Shown piece after piece: positions 50,700 through 64,000 of a stretch of 64,000 nt of DNA. The DNA is taken from NCBI RefSeq assembly GCF_018350175.1, contig NC_058368.1, forward strand, positions 40,364,001 through 40,428,000, written 5' to 3'. The position numbers and the translations under genes are program-made. Source of the DNA: Felis catus (Eukaryota). Position 1 is the first letter of the stretch, and each line of letters starts with the position of its first letter. The notes below the pieces were generated by a model. The model was given only the letters and a program-made list of their open reading frames with translations. It was not told where the DNA came from and did no database searches.

Positions 50700-52299
50700 G
50701 GTAATTTATTTGTCTGGCTTTGGTATTAGGGCAATGGTGGCCTCTAGAATTAATTAAGAAATGTTCCCTCTGTTCTGTAAGAACATCTGGTCCCCTATCT
50801 TCTTATTTTGGAAAGTTATCAGTTCAATTTTTACAGTCTATTTTGGCCTATTTATTTATCCATTTATCTTTTATTAATTTTTGATTAATTGTTTCTTTGA
50901 AATAATTGGTGCATTTTATCTGTTCTCAAACTTGTGGGCCTAGAGTTGTTCATAGTATTTTTTTTTGTTAATCTTTAATGTTCACGGTAGCACTAGCAAT
51001 GATCCTTCTCATTTCTGTTATCAATGATTTATATCTTATCTAATATTTCTTGGTTAGGCTCTCTAGGGGGGGAGTATCAATTTTATTGATCTTTTCAAAG
51101 AACTAGCTTTTTGTTTCATTGATTTTTCTCTATTGTCTGCCTGTTTTCAATTTCATTGATGTATGCTTTTGGATTTTCTTTCTGTTCTTATGCTTACATT
51201 GAATTTAATGTGCCCTTTTTTTCTGGTTCCCAAGGTAGAGGCTTAGCTTTTTAACATTAAATCTATGTTTTTTTCCTTTTCTAATATATACACCTGAGGC
51301 TTATAGCTTTACCTCTAAGCATTGCTTTTACTGCATTCCACAAATTTTGATAGGTTGTGTTTTTCATTTTCACTTTTTTCAAAATATTTTAAAACTTTTG
51401 GAGACTTCTTTCTGACCCAAGAGTAGGGTCAGATAGTAGATACAGTTTCATTGCCAGATATTTGGGGGGGAATTTCTAGCTATCTTTCTGTTCCTTACTC
51501 TCTTCTGATAGCATACATTGTATAATGCCTATTTTTAAAAATTTGATCAGGTGTGTTTTATGACCAAGAATGTGGTATATATTGTTGAATGTTTCAGGAT
51601 GACAATAATATGTATTCATGCATTGTTAGATGAAATATTTTATAAATGAATTCAACTGTTTTCTTAATGATTTCCTGTCTGCTAGTTCTGTCAATTACTA
51701 ATGTAAGGGTGCTAAGTCTCCAAATATAATAGTAGATTTGTCTATGTCTCCTGCAGTTCTGCCAGTTTTTGCCTCATGTATTTGGCCCTTGTATGATTAG
51801 GGCTTACTCATTAAAGATTATTATGTCTTCTTGGATAATTGACTCCTTTAAAATTATGTGGTGTCTCTCTTTACACCAGTAACGTTCCTTGCCTTGAAGT
51901 GTTGTAGTATTGAAATTAATATAGAGATTCCACCTCTTTTTTGATTAGTGACAGAGTGATATATCTTTCTGTATCCCTTTGTATTTAAAGTAGGTTTCTT
52001 GTCAACAGTGTATAATTGAGTCTTGGTTTTTCACCTGTTCTCAGTCTCTGTATCTCATCTGGTGTATTTAAACCATTCACATTTAAAGTGATTATAGTAT
52101 TGTTGGGTTAATATCCACATTTCTAACTCTTTTTTATTCATTTCTGTCTTTTGTTTCTTTTTCATATTCTCATTTTCTGCCTTTTCTGATTCAAATTGAG
52201 CATTTCATTGGTGTATTTTCTGTTCTGTATTAGCATATCAATTATATTTCCTTTATTTTTAAATCTTCAGTGGTTCTAGAAATTGCAATGTACATTTAT

Positions 52300-52500
52300 T
52301 ATTTTTTAGATATTTATTTATTTTAAGAGAGAGAGCGGGTGCAGACAAATGGGGGAAAGGCAGAGAGAGAGGGAGAGACAACTCCCACCAGACTCCATGC
52401 CTGGAAGGAAGCACAATGTGGAGCTCGATCCCAAGACCATGAGATCATGACCTGAGCCCGTATCAAGAATCTGACGCTGAACTGACTGAGCCACTCAGGC
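52300..52500 (-). mobile_element. Can-SINE
   Basis: GAGATCATGACCTGAGC...ACTGAGCCACTCAGGC. Confidence 0.9.
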
Positions 52501-53465
52501 TTTTACACTTATAATCAATCCAAATCCTACTATGTCACTTGACAGGTAGTGCAAATACCTTAAAACAGAGTATTCTTTATTTTTTCCTCCCATCCCTAAT
52601 AACATTGCTTCATTCGTTTCACTTATACAGAAGCTAAACTTACTAAATAGCTTGCTGTTGTTGATATGTTGAAGAAACTCTTACATAAGAATTAAGAAAA
52701 GTAAAAATAAATATTTTACCTGTATTCATTCCTTGTCTGACACCCTTCTATATGTAGAGCCAAGTTTCTGACCTATATTATTTCCTTCTCGCTGAAGAAC
52801 TTTTAACATTTTTTTGCAAGTAGTTCTGCTGGTAACAAATCACCTCAGTTTTTGTTTGGGAAAATCATTAATTCCCTTTCACTTTTGAAAGATAATTTCT
52901 TTGGATACAGAATTCTAAGTTAGTATTTCCCTCCGTGTCAACACTTTAAATATTTCACTCTACTCTCTTCTTGCTTACGTTGTTTCTGAAGAGAAGTCTG
53001 ATATAATTTTTACTTTGTTTTTTTTATAAGTAATATTTTCCCTTCTTTAGATACTTTTGAAATTTTCTGTTTATCTTTGACTGTGCAGTTTGAATATGAT
53101 ATGCCTGTGTCTGGACATTTTGATATTTATCCTGGTTAGTGTCTGTCATTAATTTTGGAAAATTATTAGTCATTATTACTACAATTATTTCTTCTGTTAC
53201 TTTTCTTTTTGGTATTACCATTATGTATATATTATAACTTTTGTAATTGTCCCAAAATTTTGAATATTGTTTCATCTTTTATCCATTTTTTTCACTCTTT
53301 AATCTCTGTATTTCAGTTTTCAAAATTTCTATTGACATACTCAACTTCATTGATTTGTTCCTCAGCTGTGTCCAAGGTATTCTTCATTCCTGTTACAATT
53401 TTTTCCTATTATTTTCCTTTAATTCTATTATATGTTTTGCATGTCTCGCTTACATTACCCATCTA

Positions 53466-53674
53466 TTTTTTTAAAATGTTTTATCTTTATTTTTGAGACA
53501 TAGAGAGAGACAGAGTGTGAGCCTGTGAGGGGCAGAGAGGGGCAGAGAATCCAACGCAAACTCCAGGCTCGAGCTGTCAGCACAGAATGCAACACAAGGC
53601 TCGAGCTGACAAACCGTGAGATCATGACCCGAGCCAAAGTCAGATACTTAAGTTACTGAGCCATCCAGGCACTC
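53466..53674 (-). mobile_element. Can-SINE (SINEC_Fc)
   Basis: Typical body and head. Confidence 0.92.
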
Positions 53675-54036
53675 TAATCTGTGTTTGTGTATTGTCCACC
53701 ATTTCCACTAGAGTCTCAGCATATTAAACATAGTTTTTCTAAATTTACAGCCAGACAATTCTAAAACATTTGCTATGTCTGAGGCTGGTTTTGATGCTTA
53801 CTTTGTCTCTTTAGACTGTGCTTTTTGCCTTTTAGCATACCTGGTAATTTTTTGTTGAAAACGAAACATGTTGTATTGGGTAAGTGGAACTAAGGTAGAC
53901 AAGCCTTAGTGAGACAGTTATGTTTTTCTGACTCAGAGTTAGCATATGTTTACTGTTTATCATAGCTAAAACTTCCTATGGTGTCTTTGTTTTTGTTTTT
54001 GTTTTCCCTTTTGACTTTGGGAATTCTCAGAGAATT

Positions 54037-54180
54037 CTTTTTTTTTTTTTTTTTCTTTTAAAGTAGGCTTCACACCCAGCATGGAGCCCATCTCAGGGCT
54101 TGAAACCATGACCCTGAGATCAAGATCTGAGCTGAGGTCAAGAGTCCAATACTCAACAGACTGAGCCCCCAAGGCACCCC
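54037..54180 (-). mobile_element. Short Can-SINE
   Basis: Poly-T tail, no CT tract; TSD TTC(T/C)CAGAGA(A/G)TT at 54024-54036 and 54181-54193. Confidence 0.9.
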
Positions 54181-56144
54181 TTCCCAGAGAGTTTTTAAAT
54201 AGGGTCTGGTCTGCAGTTCTTTTAGGTCTAATACCCTGCTTTAAGTAGAAGCCTTATTGATGTGATAAAGCATGGAGGTAGGAAAAAAGTTCTATAGTCT
54301 AATGATTCATTTGCACTCTTCTAGTGAGCCTGAGCTGGGTATTTGTTTCGCCCAAGTAAAAGGCTAGAGGGGGCTAGAGTTGTATTTCCTCAGTCTCTAA
54401 TAAAATAGTTTCTGTTGAGAACAGGTTTCATTAAGAACAGAGAACTATCAGCCTGTATCAGAAGAGGTACTTTCCCCTCCTCTGGGTAGAAGCACCAGAA
54501 TTTTATCTCCAAGCTCCATGTTAAAATTTTGCAAGGGCTCCTGGGTGTAAAACACACCATGATGTTGTGGCTTCTCTAAGAGTGGGTCCTATTAGAGTTT
54601 TTAACTCTTAAAAGAATCTATACTGAGTCTCCCCGTATTTGTCATTTACAGGTTAAAAAGTTCCTATTGATAATGACTGCAGTTCAAGCTTCTGCTGCTG
54701 AGCACCTTCTATTCCTGGTAAGTTGTGATTCTCTGTATATATCTGTCTTTCTAGTTTTCATGGCAAAATTTTTGCCCTGTGACCTCAATTCTATGATGTA
54801 TCTAAGCAAAATTGCTGATGTTTAAGTGTGTTCAGCTTTTTTCTAGTGTGTATGAAAGGGATGGTTTTCAAGTTCTGTTCATGTTTGGACTGTATAAAAC
54901 TAATTATGTTTTAAAGATTGGGAACTTCTATAAACATCAGTGACCTTGTTTTTAAAACAAATATTCTTGATAATCTGGGCTTATAGATCTATAAGACTTC
55001 TATTTTAAAACAATTAATTAGAATTACATTATTGTACTATCAATAATTTCACTTTCCCTACAGTAGGAAAGGTATTCATTTCTTTTCTGATTTTATCTTC
55101 CAAAAATATACCATAAAATTCAACTTACAGTTTGGGAAATATTCAGTTGAATTTGATACACCTGATGAAGGCTGTAAAGCCTGGATACCAGGAAAGGAAA
55201 GTGAAGGTAGAAAATGTCTCAGGGGAAGAAGAGCAAGATTCCCATTTCCCTGAGGAAACATAAGGGCAGGCTGTATTCACTTCATTTTGTTTGGATAATG
55301 ATTGTAAAGGCATATGGGACTGAGCTATTTATTACTAGAAAGTAGTTATTGATATTGAGTAGATCAATCATAATGCTTGAAAGAAGTTGACCTCTAGGGA
55401 CAGTGATTCAATTGTTTCAGAGAAACCAGAGTTTGTATATGGTATGCAAAAATATCATGTGAGATTTGAGGTTGGGTAAAAGATGTTAAGTAAATGATAG
55501 ATGCATACATATGTGTACATGTATGTTTATGCATATATGTATATCCATACAAATGGTGCATTTTAAAAGAATTTTATAATTCCCTAATTTATACTAATTT
55601 TTTTTCTTCATATAAGTCTGAAATATAAAAAACAAAAATGGTAAAATGCAAGATAAAAATTGACTTCAGTCACCAAGGCAGATTTAATATAAGTCCAAAA
55701 CTATTCTAGTAATTGTAGTTCTTAAAATATTTTGCTGAAGTAATGGAATGATGGGTGACTGTCCTGCCCATGATTGTTTGGTTTGAGTCTCTTCTCCTCT
55801 GTTCAGAGCCCTCTTTACCTCTCAGTATGACAGAAAATTTATTTTTTTTCATGAGTGAATACAAATATTTATGCAGATATGTTGCCTTTCCCCCCTCTCC
55901 TTATGGTAGCATTTTGCAATACTAAGTAGAATGTTCTAACAGTCCAATTGAATTATTTGTCTGTGGATCATATTACCAATATTTGAAGCTGTACCAAAGA
56001 ATCAGACGGTTTTTTGACCTGGAGAACTCATGAAGTCAAACCTTTCAAATTACAGTGTTCACTTACAGAGGCAAGGCAAATAAATTGATGTTACCTGAAA
56101 AGCAACCATTTTGTTCTTGCTTGCATCTATCATGAGTAAAATAT

Positions 56145-56258
56145 TAGGGTGACCAAAAATTTCAGCTTGCTCAGAACTGAGAAGTTTTGCTGGACATGGG
56201 ACTTAAAAAGCTAAAACTGGGAAAACCCTGAGAAAACTAGGTTGAGTTGGCCAACTGA
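56145..56258 (+). mobile_element. MER81-like hAT-Blackjack MITE
   Basis: 114 bp, starts TAGGGTGACCAA, internal GGGACTT....GCTAAAACTGGGAAA, degenerate right TIR. Confidence 0.8.
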
Positions 56259-56456
56259 TCTCAGAACGTCCAAATTCATAAAGGAAGAAAATATTAAATT
56301 ATAAAACTGGAACTGTATGCCTCTGATTATTTTAATTTTAATTTTTGGCTACAGAAATTATATTTAATTCTCAGTATCTGAAAGTTTTAGATAAATAAAA
56401 TTGCAGTTCCCATTAAAAATTGTGGCAGGATTGTCACATTGGTTCAAAATACCAGA

Positions 56457-56458
<2 letters not shown>

Positions 56459-56500
<42 letters not shown>

Positions 56501-56507
56501 TGTGTGT
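56459..56507. repeat. (TG)n microsatellite
   Basis: Direct reading. Confidence 0.97.
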
Positions 56508-59500
56508 AATCATCACTTGGGGTCATGCAGCTTTCATTTCAGTTAATTTTTGATAAAAATGAACAGTGTGCCACAAATCGAGCAAATCAGCAATGGGTTA
56601 TAGATTGTTTCTGTCACCCCAAAACTCCATTGTATTTAACATAGTCCTTTGAGAAGAATAAAACAAAGTTTATTTCTTCACATCAGTTTCAAAGACAGAG
56701 AAATTAAACACAACTTTAATATCAATGAAGAGTTTTGTCCTCTCTCTTTTTTTAAAGTAAAAGGGCACATTATGATTACACTCTGAGACTCAGGATGGTT
56801 ACTTTACCTTCCTTGACTTTCATAGTAATTCATTCATTTAGCAAGAATTTATTGATCACATTTCGCAGGTTTTCCAAAGCTCTTTTCCTACTCAGCTTCA
56901 TCTCATAGCTGGGTGCTATCAACCTTGAATTTCCTTTCCTTTTTGCCCACTCTCTCTCTTTGAGTAGCTTCCAGCTCAAGTGTAAATTCCTTGTAGAGTC
57001 TTCTTCCTCTACCAGGCTAGTGTGCCCATTATTTCAGTTTCTGTATGCAGTTTGTTTTCCCTTATTGGTCCAGAATAATTATCAAGAATGACTCCCATTT
57101 TACTCACAAAAGAGCCTCAGCTTTCACCATAATTTATATGGTCATCCTTTAATCTGTGCTTCCACAGTTCCCATAATGTATGTAATTTGTTACAATACAT
57201 CATAATTTTAATTATCTTTACATTACATCCTTTAATAAATAACTTTAGAGTGCATCCTTTACTATTTTGTGAAGCACACAGTATTCTGTATTGTAACCCA
57301 CTACAACCAGCACGTTTGCCAACACACAATAGATATTTACATAAATTATCGATATAATGAATGTATAGAAGTTAATGCATGTGAGAAATGTTACAATATT
57401 TTTATAAAACAGTCACAAATATTTGTATTTTTAATTTTAAAACTATCTTAATTCTTACACTTAAGGCCAGTCTTCCATCAGCTGTCTAGAATATTGCGGA
57501 TTGAATTTACACAAATCCATTTAAGGTCACTTCTGCAACACAGTGACAATGATTTTACCAATATAGTCTGAAACAAATTGAGGTCAGTGTACATTTTCTC
57601 ATAGCCTTGCTCTTAGCTTTCTTCCATGAACTGCAGAAGGTTTCAATTTACTGAAGCACCGAGGTAGGTAAGATCCAATCAAAGTAAAAGCAAAATCAAT
57701 AAATGCTAACCTCGAAGGGCTAAATAGTAGTGACATCAGTCACGAAGAAAAGTTGTTTGCAGGTTTGAAACGCTATTGTTCTGTAATGGTAAGAGAATAA
57801 AACTGCAACTGTGGACACTTGTAAGTTTTGTTTACCCTATATTTTGTTTAATATTTTTAACATGCAGACAGATAACAAGGTGAATTGTTAAACACTATTG
57901 ATAGTGCTTAATAGAGGAGAGGAAACCTGTTCTTCGCACCATGATATGAAAATATTTTGTCATTGTGGCACATTTTGTTAATAGATTCTAAAAATAATTA
58001 AATGCTCAAGAAGTAATTCTAGAGAAACACTTTTTTTCCTACAAAGTAAAAAGTAGAATAGTTATTTTTATTATCACCTTGACCATATTTCATTAAAGTA
58101 ATCAGGGTTTCAATTTAGAAAGTAATTTAATGCTAAGACCAATAAATTTTGGTGTCTGAAATTGACAGGTAGGCATAATGAATATAAACTCTGTTGCTTA
58201 GTATGTAGTCAGTGCTCAGTATTTGATGCCAGAAAGCCCCCTGGTTGAGGAAGAGCAACACATGGCAGTCAAATTTCTGTGGCTACAGCTAGCACTAGTG
58301 ATGAAGGACTTGTTGTTGTTTTGTTTTTTGTTCGACTGAAATTGAAGGAGTTAACAAAACTAGAAGGGCAAAGCATGACAGGAAGAGAGACCTTAAATAA
58401 AAATCTTATAGATCATCTGGGAAGTCTAGATATTATTGAAATGATAAGGCAAGAAGCAAATAGAATACAAAAATATGCAACTGCAATCCAGGAAAAGGTT
58501 AAGAACTTGAGAAAGCTTCAAGAGGGCAGTAGCCTCTGTGTCTTAAATCAGCGCTATCTCCCTTTTTAAAACTAAAGAGCAAACAAATGACTGAAAAATA
58601 ATAAGTGACTGACTGAAGGAAAAAATAAGTTAAAAGTAGATGAGGAAGGTTTCTGTAGCTTATCTTAGGCTGCAGATCATTTAGTAGCTTTGGGCCCTTG
58701 CTTTTCCATTACCTACTTAGACTGGAAGTACTTTTTGGTAGGGTCATTTTTCCTTTTGGAAAATTAGTGCTCAGCATATCAAATTCAGTTTATTTGGGGC
58801 CATATCACATATTCAGTAACCTGCTCCACTCATTTATATGCTCTTATAATTCTCCTGGAAATTTCTGCTTATAAAGGGAGGTGAGATTTTATAGAAGCGT
58901 TTCTTAAAGGAATGCTAAACTGGCATAAATTTAACTGCTTTACTTTTATATGATTTTAAACTTACTACTCAGTACAGCCTTTAGGGGTCCTTTATGGTAC
59001 TGATCTCTGTAGAAATAATGCCTCATTGTACAAATCCACAAGGTCATAGGAGAATATAATTCTCAAACTCTTTTCAAATGCAATTAACTTCTTTTCTGGT
59101 TCAAACTCCCTGAGTTAAAGCAGTATTTCTACCCATGAACGCCAAAACTTTGTCCCCATTTGTTTGAGTGACCCAAGCACATTACAGTTATATAGATCAC
59201 TGGTTATTATGGTGTGTATGTCATGTAAAGAAGACCTTCAGCTTGCCCGCAATGAGTCTTGGTTCACTTGGTTTTCAAGTGTCCTGTCAATTTTGGTTAA
59301 ATATTGATAACTTTGCACAGCAGAATGCAGAATGTTCATTTTGTGGGTAGATAACGGACAACTGGTGAAGTGAACCTTTTTCTGTATTGTGGAAATGCAG
59401 AAATCATATACTGTTTTGACATAACAAAACCCTAGTATATAGAACCTTGTACAAAGAATCCGTATTATAATAATATCCTATATGTAAAGCCATGAGGTTA

Positions 59501-60162
59501 AATAAAATATCTTGATCTCTAATAAACACTTGAATAAAACTGTTCCCAAAGTAAATTTCTTAAGATGCCTCTGAAACCTGAAATGCATTCAGTATACCTT
59601 AAGAAAACATAATTTACTTTCCTCGGAGAAATTCTGAAAAATCAAGTAAGACTACCCACACTATTTATCATTACTACCTATGATAACTAAGTCCATAAGA
59701 GATAACATTTAGGTTTAAAGTTTTTTTTTTTTTAATTAGTGCTATTAAGTGCATAAGGTATTTCTATTTCTTCAAGCCTAAAATACTTTAAATTTAACTA
59801 AATTATTCTGCACCTCCACCCTATACAAATATATGCTATTTTGTTTAGAATATAATATTTTAAATATTTCAGCAAATAGCTGATTAGTATTAGAAGGGCA
59901 GAATTAGGCAATTTTGGAAGTGAAATTGCATTTTACATAAGAGTACAGAAAATATTTTTAAAAACAGTTATAGTGAAGAATTCAGAATAAAAGTAATTTT
60001 GTTGCCTTATATCATTTTTCATTTAAAATATCATTAAACAAAACTATATTTAAAAAATATTTTATGCTAGGAATTAATACCCAATAGCAATGAACAAGGC
60101 TGATGTAAGCTTCACAGAAATATGTCAAGTTGGAGAACAGAACATAAAACACCTAAGTATTT

Positions 60163-60384
60163 TTTTTTAATTTTTTTTTAACGTTTATTTATTTTTGAGA
60201 CAGAGAGAGACAGAACATGAACGGGGGAGGGTCAGAGACAGAGAGGGAGACACAGAATCTGAAACAGGCTCCAGGCTCTGAGCTGTCAGCACAGAGCCTG
60301 ACGCGGGGCTTGAACTCACGAACCGCAAGATCATGACCTGAGCCGATGTCGGACGCTTAACCGACTGAGCCACTCTGGCGCCCC
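60163..60384 (-). mobile_element. Young Can-SINE (SINEC_Fc)
   Basis: Perfect 18-bp TSD TAAAACACCTAAGTATTT at 60145-60162 and 60385-60402; CpGs retained. Confidence 0.97.
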
Positions 60385-60559
60385 TAAAACACCTAAGTAT
60401 TTAATAGAGTTTGTAGTAGGCAGTGCATTCATTCTTTTGTGTGTACAATACCAAGTCCTCTAGGTCCTATCCTATTGCTGACTTGGCTGCAGTGTGTAGT
60501 TCCACACAGGATTTAAACAGAAGCTTTGTGTTTGTGCAATCTGATTGTCTTACAGCCTC

Positions 60560-61200
60560 AACTTGCTTGTCTTACTATCATCTCGGGTACACAAACATAT
60601 CTGCCAATCATATATGCAGAACTCAAAAGTGAAGGGAACTTAAGGCATAGGGAGCAATGTTGGGGTGGCTGTTGGCCAATAGGAGATACGAGCTGATAAA
60701 TAAATACTTCCCTTTTCTCCATCCCCCACTCAGCTTCACTCCTGCTCTCCAGGATAACATTTGCAAATAGACTATTTATACATAGATCTTTACCAAAGGT
60801 GCTGCTTTTGGATGAAACCCATGCTAAGATAATAAGCACCATAAATACTTTTAAATATGAGATACTTAGAATGGGGTTGTGGAGCTAAATTACTCACCAG
60901 TCACATATCAATAATAAATCTTGTCAGAAGTGATTATTCCTGGCAATAAGTAATATGAATTAACTTCGCATACTTTCACTTCATGGTTGATTGGGATGAG
61001 TACAGTTGAAAGGTGAAGAGTTGCCTCTTGTAGTGGCTGTGGTTCCTCATCAATACGTATAAATAAGTATAAAGAGAATAAATATAAATATTGAGGGATA
61101 GCCTGGCTGTTGGTAGCTGATTTGAAAGCCTTTAAAAAAAGGAAATAACCACATGATGCCATGATACTATGAAATGAATCATCATTCTAAAACAGTCTGT
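60560..61200 (+). mobile_element. ERVL remnant: LTR16-like LTR (to ~60831) plus start of internal sequence
   Basis: TTGGCCAATAGGAGA, CACTCCTGCTCTCCAGGAT...GAAACCCATGCTAAGATA LTR end, followed by degraded ERV3-16A3-like leader. Confidence 0.65.
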
Positions 61201-61724
61201 CTGATAAAATAGTGCAATAATTTGTTTATGGCTCAGCTAAAAGCCAGGTTGAGAACTGTACTTTGTGGAGTAGAGGGGAGCTGCCCTTCAGAATGGAGAA
61301 TACTTATTGAATCAATGGCCAATGTTTGATATTTTGACTAAAGCATGAAGCTGAAGAAGAAATAACATGAGAAGAAGCCTGGCAGTTAGTTAGGGTACCA
61401 ATGATTCAGGGCTCTATGATAAAGAGTATATATGTAATTTATTAACAGGCACACACATACAGATATAGGTAAACATATCTATGTACCATTATGTAATTTA
61501 GAAACAAATAACACATGTGCATAGGAGGTATATACTCAGAGGTTGTTGGAAAAAAAGGACAAACACCTAAGAGAGTAAGAAGTTCATGAAACCAAGGAAA
61601 TAAAATATTTTATAAAGAATAGTTTCATAAGGTAAGGAATCAATTGTCTAAATCTGTGATCCCTCAATCAATGAGCATAGTTTTGGTGCTATGGGTAAAA
61701 GCCCAAATGAAATGGAATAAAATA

Positions 61725-62185
61725 TTAATTTGTTCATTCAGCAGATTATTTACTGAGAAACTGCCATGTGCCAGGCAGCCCTGTTTTAAGTTCCTGGAAA
61801 TGTCAGCAAACAAAACAACAAAGAGCTTTTCTTCATTAGAATAGATAAAAAAATAAACATATTGAATAAATTAGTCATTGAGTATGTTAGAAGGTGATAT
61901 ATACATGGGCAAAAAATTAATGGACCTAGGGAAGCAGAACCAGGAGTGTTAAAGGACAAGGTTGGAAGGCTACTATTTTAAAGAGATGGCTAATATAGAA
62001 ATCATTAAGAAGGAGGTATTTAAGGTGAGATACATTGAAGGAGAAAGGTTGTTAAATATACAACTGAGGGACAAGGTTCCAACTAGAGAGGAGAGCCAAT
62101 GCAAAGTGCCCAAAATTGGAGAGCATGTGGTGTTTCCTAGAAATATCAAGGAGGCCTTGTGGCTGATGAAGGAAGAGTAAACTAT
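61725..62185 (-). mobile_element. L2 3' region
   Basis: TTCATTCAGCAGATTATTTACTGAG...ATGTGCCAGGCA. Confidence 0.8.
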
Positions 62186-62730
62186 AACAACAAATGAATA
62201 GGGAAAATCTCTAATAGATAAAGTAGATGATAGCATACAAGAACAGATGAGGGTATAAGCAGAGATAGAAATCCTAAGAAAGAACTAAAAAGAAATGCTA
62301 GAGAATAAAAATTCTGTAACAAAAGTAAAGAATGACTTTGATATGCTTATTAAGAAACTAGACATGACTGAGGAAATAATCTCTGCACTTGAGGACATCT
62401 TGGTAGCAAGTTCCAAAACTGAAAAGCAAAGAGAACAACAGGCTGTAAAAACAAACAAAAAAACCCCAGAACAATATCCAAGGACTGTGGGACAACTATG
62501 AAAACGTAACATATGCATGTTATACAAAGGTACAAAGGTATTATACAAAGGTAACATATGTATAATGGGAATTCTATATGGAGAAGAAAAGAAAGAACAG
62601 AAAAAAATATATGAAACTGTAAGGACTGAGTTTCCCCAAATTAATATTAGACACCAAACCACAGATCAGAAAACTCAAGATAACTGCCAGCAAATATACA
62701 AAAAGAACTATTTGTAGGCATATCATTTTA

Positions 62731-62799
62731 TTTATTTGTTTATTTTTAATTTTATTATTTTTTATTTTATTTTAAGAGCGAGAACATGAGCAGGGGAGG

Positions 62800-62841
<42 letters not shown>

Positions 62842-62954
62842 ATCTGAAGCAGGCTCCAGGCTCTGAGCTGTCGGCACAGAGCCTGATGCAGGGCTCAAAC
62901 TCATGACCTGAGCTGAAGTCCAATGCTAAATTGACTGACGTACCTAGGTACCCC
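62731..62954 (-). mobile_element. Can-SINE (SINEC_Fc) nested in L1M
   Basis: TSD AG(G/A)CATAT(C/A)ATTTTA at 62716-62730 and 62955-62969. Confidence 0.95.
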
Positions 62955-63639
62955 AGACATATAATTTTAAACTACAAGAAATCAAAGATAAGAAAAACCT
63001 TGAAAGAAGCCAGACAGAAAGAATACTTTACCTAGAGAGGAACAAAAATAAGGATTACATCTGACTTTTCAGAAACCATGCAAACAAGAAGAGAGTGGAG
63101 TGATCATTTTAAAGTATTGAGGAAAAATATCTCTGGCTATAAATCTGTACCCTGCAAAATTATCCTTCAAAAGTGAAGAAGAAATAAAGACTTTCTCAGA
63201 CTCACAAATAGTATATGCTTCTATATAATTGAAACGAAGACAGCAATGATATGTAAGGGATGGGAGGGAGGGATTAGAATCATTTGGTTATTATAAAGTA
63301 CTCATACTACTTATTAGGTGGAATAGTATTCCTTGAAAGTGGACTTGAATTAGCTGTAAATACATATTGCAAACTCCAGGGCAACCCTAATAAAAGTTTC
63401 AAAAAAAGTATAACTGCTATCCTAAGAAAGAAGAGAGAATGAAATAATATAAAATGTTCAGTTAATACCACAAAAGGCAGATAGAAAGTGGAAGACAAAA
63501 ATAGGAAAAAAAAAACAAGGGCAACAAATAGAAAACAGTAACAAATATTGTAGATAACAATTCAACTATATCAGTAATCACTTTAAATACCAATGATCTA
63601 AATGCACCAATTAAAAGATTGTCACATTGTATCAAACAA

Positions 63640-63650
63640 GATAGATTGAT

Positions 63651-63696
<46 letters not shown>
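63640..63696. repeat. (GATA)n tetranucleotide STR
   Basis: 11 perfect GATA units at 63651-63694. Confidence 0.97.
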
Positions 63697-64000
63697 GTCT
63701 CCAAAAAAAGGTACATTAAATATAAACACACACATATATATTAAAAATAAAAGGATACAGAAAAATATATCATATGAATACTAACCACAATACAGCACAA
63801 CTAGCTGTGTTAATTTCTGACAGTCAAGACTTCAAAACAGGGAAAGTTATCAGGGAAAAAGAAGGATGGGCATTACATGATGATAAAGAGGTCAGTTCTC
63901 CAAGAAGACATTCTGAGTGAGTATGTGCCTGACAACAGAGTATCACACTGTGAGGCAAAACCAATAGAACTGCAAGGAGAAATAAATGAATCCGCTATCA

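Larger units (their letters stand above)
48765..54890 (-). mobile_element. Old L1M (L1MC/MD-like): degraded ORF2, ORF1 and 5' region
   Basis: Continuous degraded antisense L1 similarity (DAEKAFD, CCACACTGTCTTGAT, ORF1 region 52900-53450), interrupted by four Can-SINEs. Confidence 0.85.
62186..64000 (+). mobile_element. Old L1M (L1MC/MD-like): ORF1, spacer and start of ORF2; runs off window
   Basis: Degraded ORF1 coiled coil, CAGAAACCATGCAAACAAGAAGAGAGTGG; ORF2 start ATATCAGTAATCACTTTAAAT ~63570. Confidence 0.88.

Noticed and set aside
57605..57675. Exon ending at GAG|GTAGGT or TAG|GTAAGA
   Set aside because: Ambiguous acceptor and donor; such motifs are expected by chance in 64 kb
1..64000. 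CRISPR array, operon, CpG-island promoter or named host gene
   Set aside because: Mammalian DNA with no repeat-spacer array, no CpG island outside repeats and no recognisable coding exon

Overview
AT-rich mammalian non-coding DNA (intergenic or deep intronic). The tRNA-Lys-derived Can-SINEs of the SINEC_Fc type and the carnivore/felid L1s point to a feliform carnivore, most likely a cat. Roughly half the window is transposon-derived: one full-length (~7.1 kb) but inactivated L1 with target-site duplications (TSDs) at 3.6-10.7 kb; two long truncated or deleted carnivore L1s (21.7-25.5 kb, 38.7-43.8 kb); older L1M pieces; more than 20 Can-SINEs; MIR/L2 relics; ERVL/MaLR LTRs; the hAT MITEs MER53 and MER81; and many microsatellites. 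No recognisable protein-coding gene or RNA gene was found, and most long ORFs in the track are L1/SINE pieces or low-complexity artefacts. I found no credible novel biological system. The best leads are a probable L1 3' transduction, an unexplained ~75-bp dispersed direct repeat bracketing an enhancer-like block, a few candidate + strand exons, and young TSD-perfect insertions that may be polymorphic. Repeat subfamily names come from recalled consensus sequences and need confirmation with RepeatMasker/Dfam.
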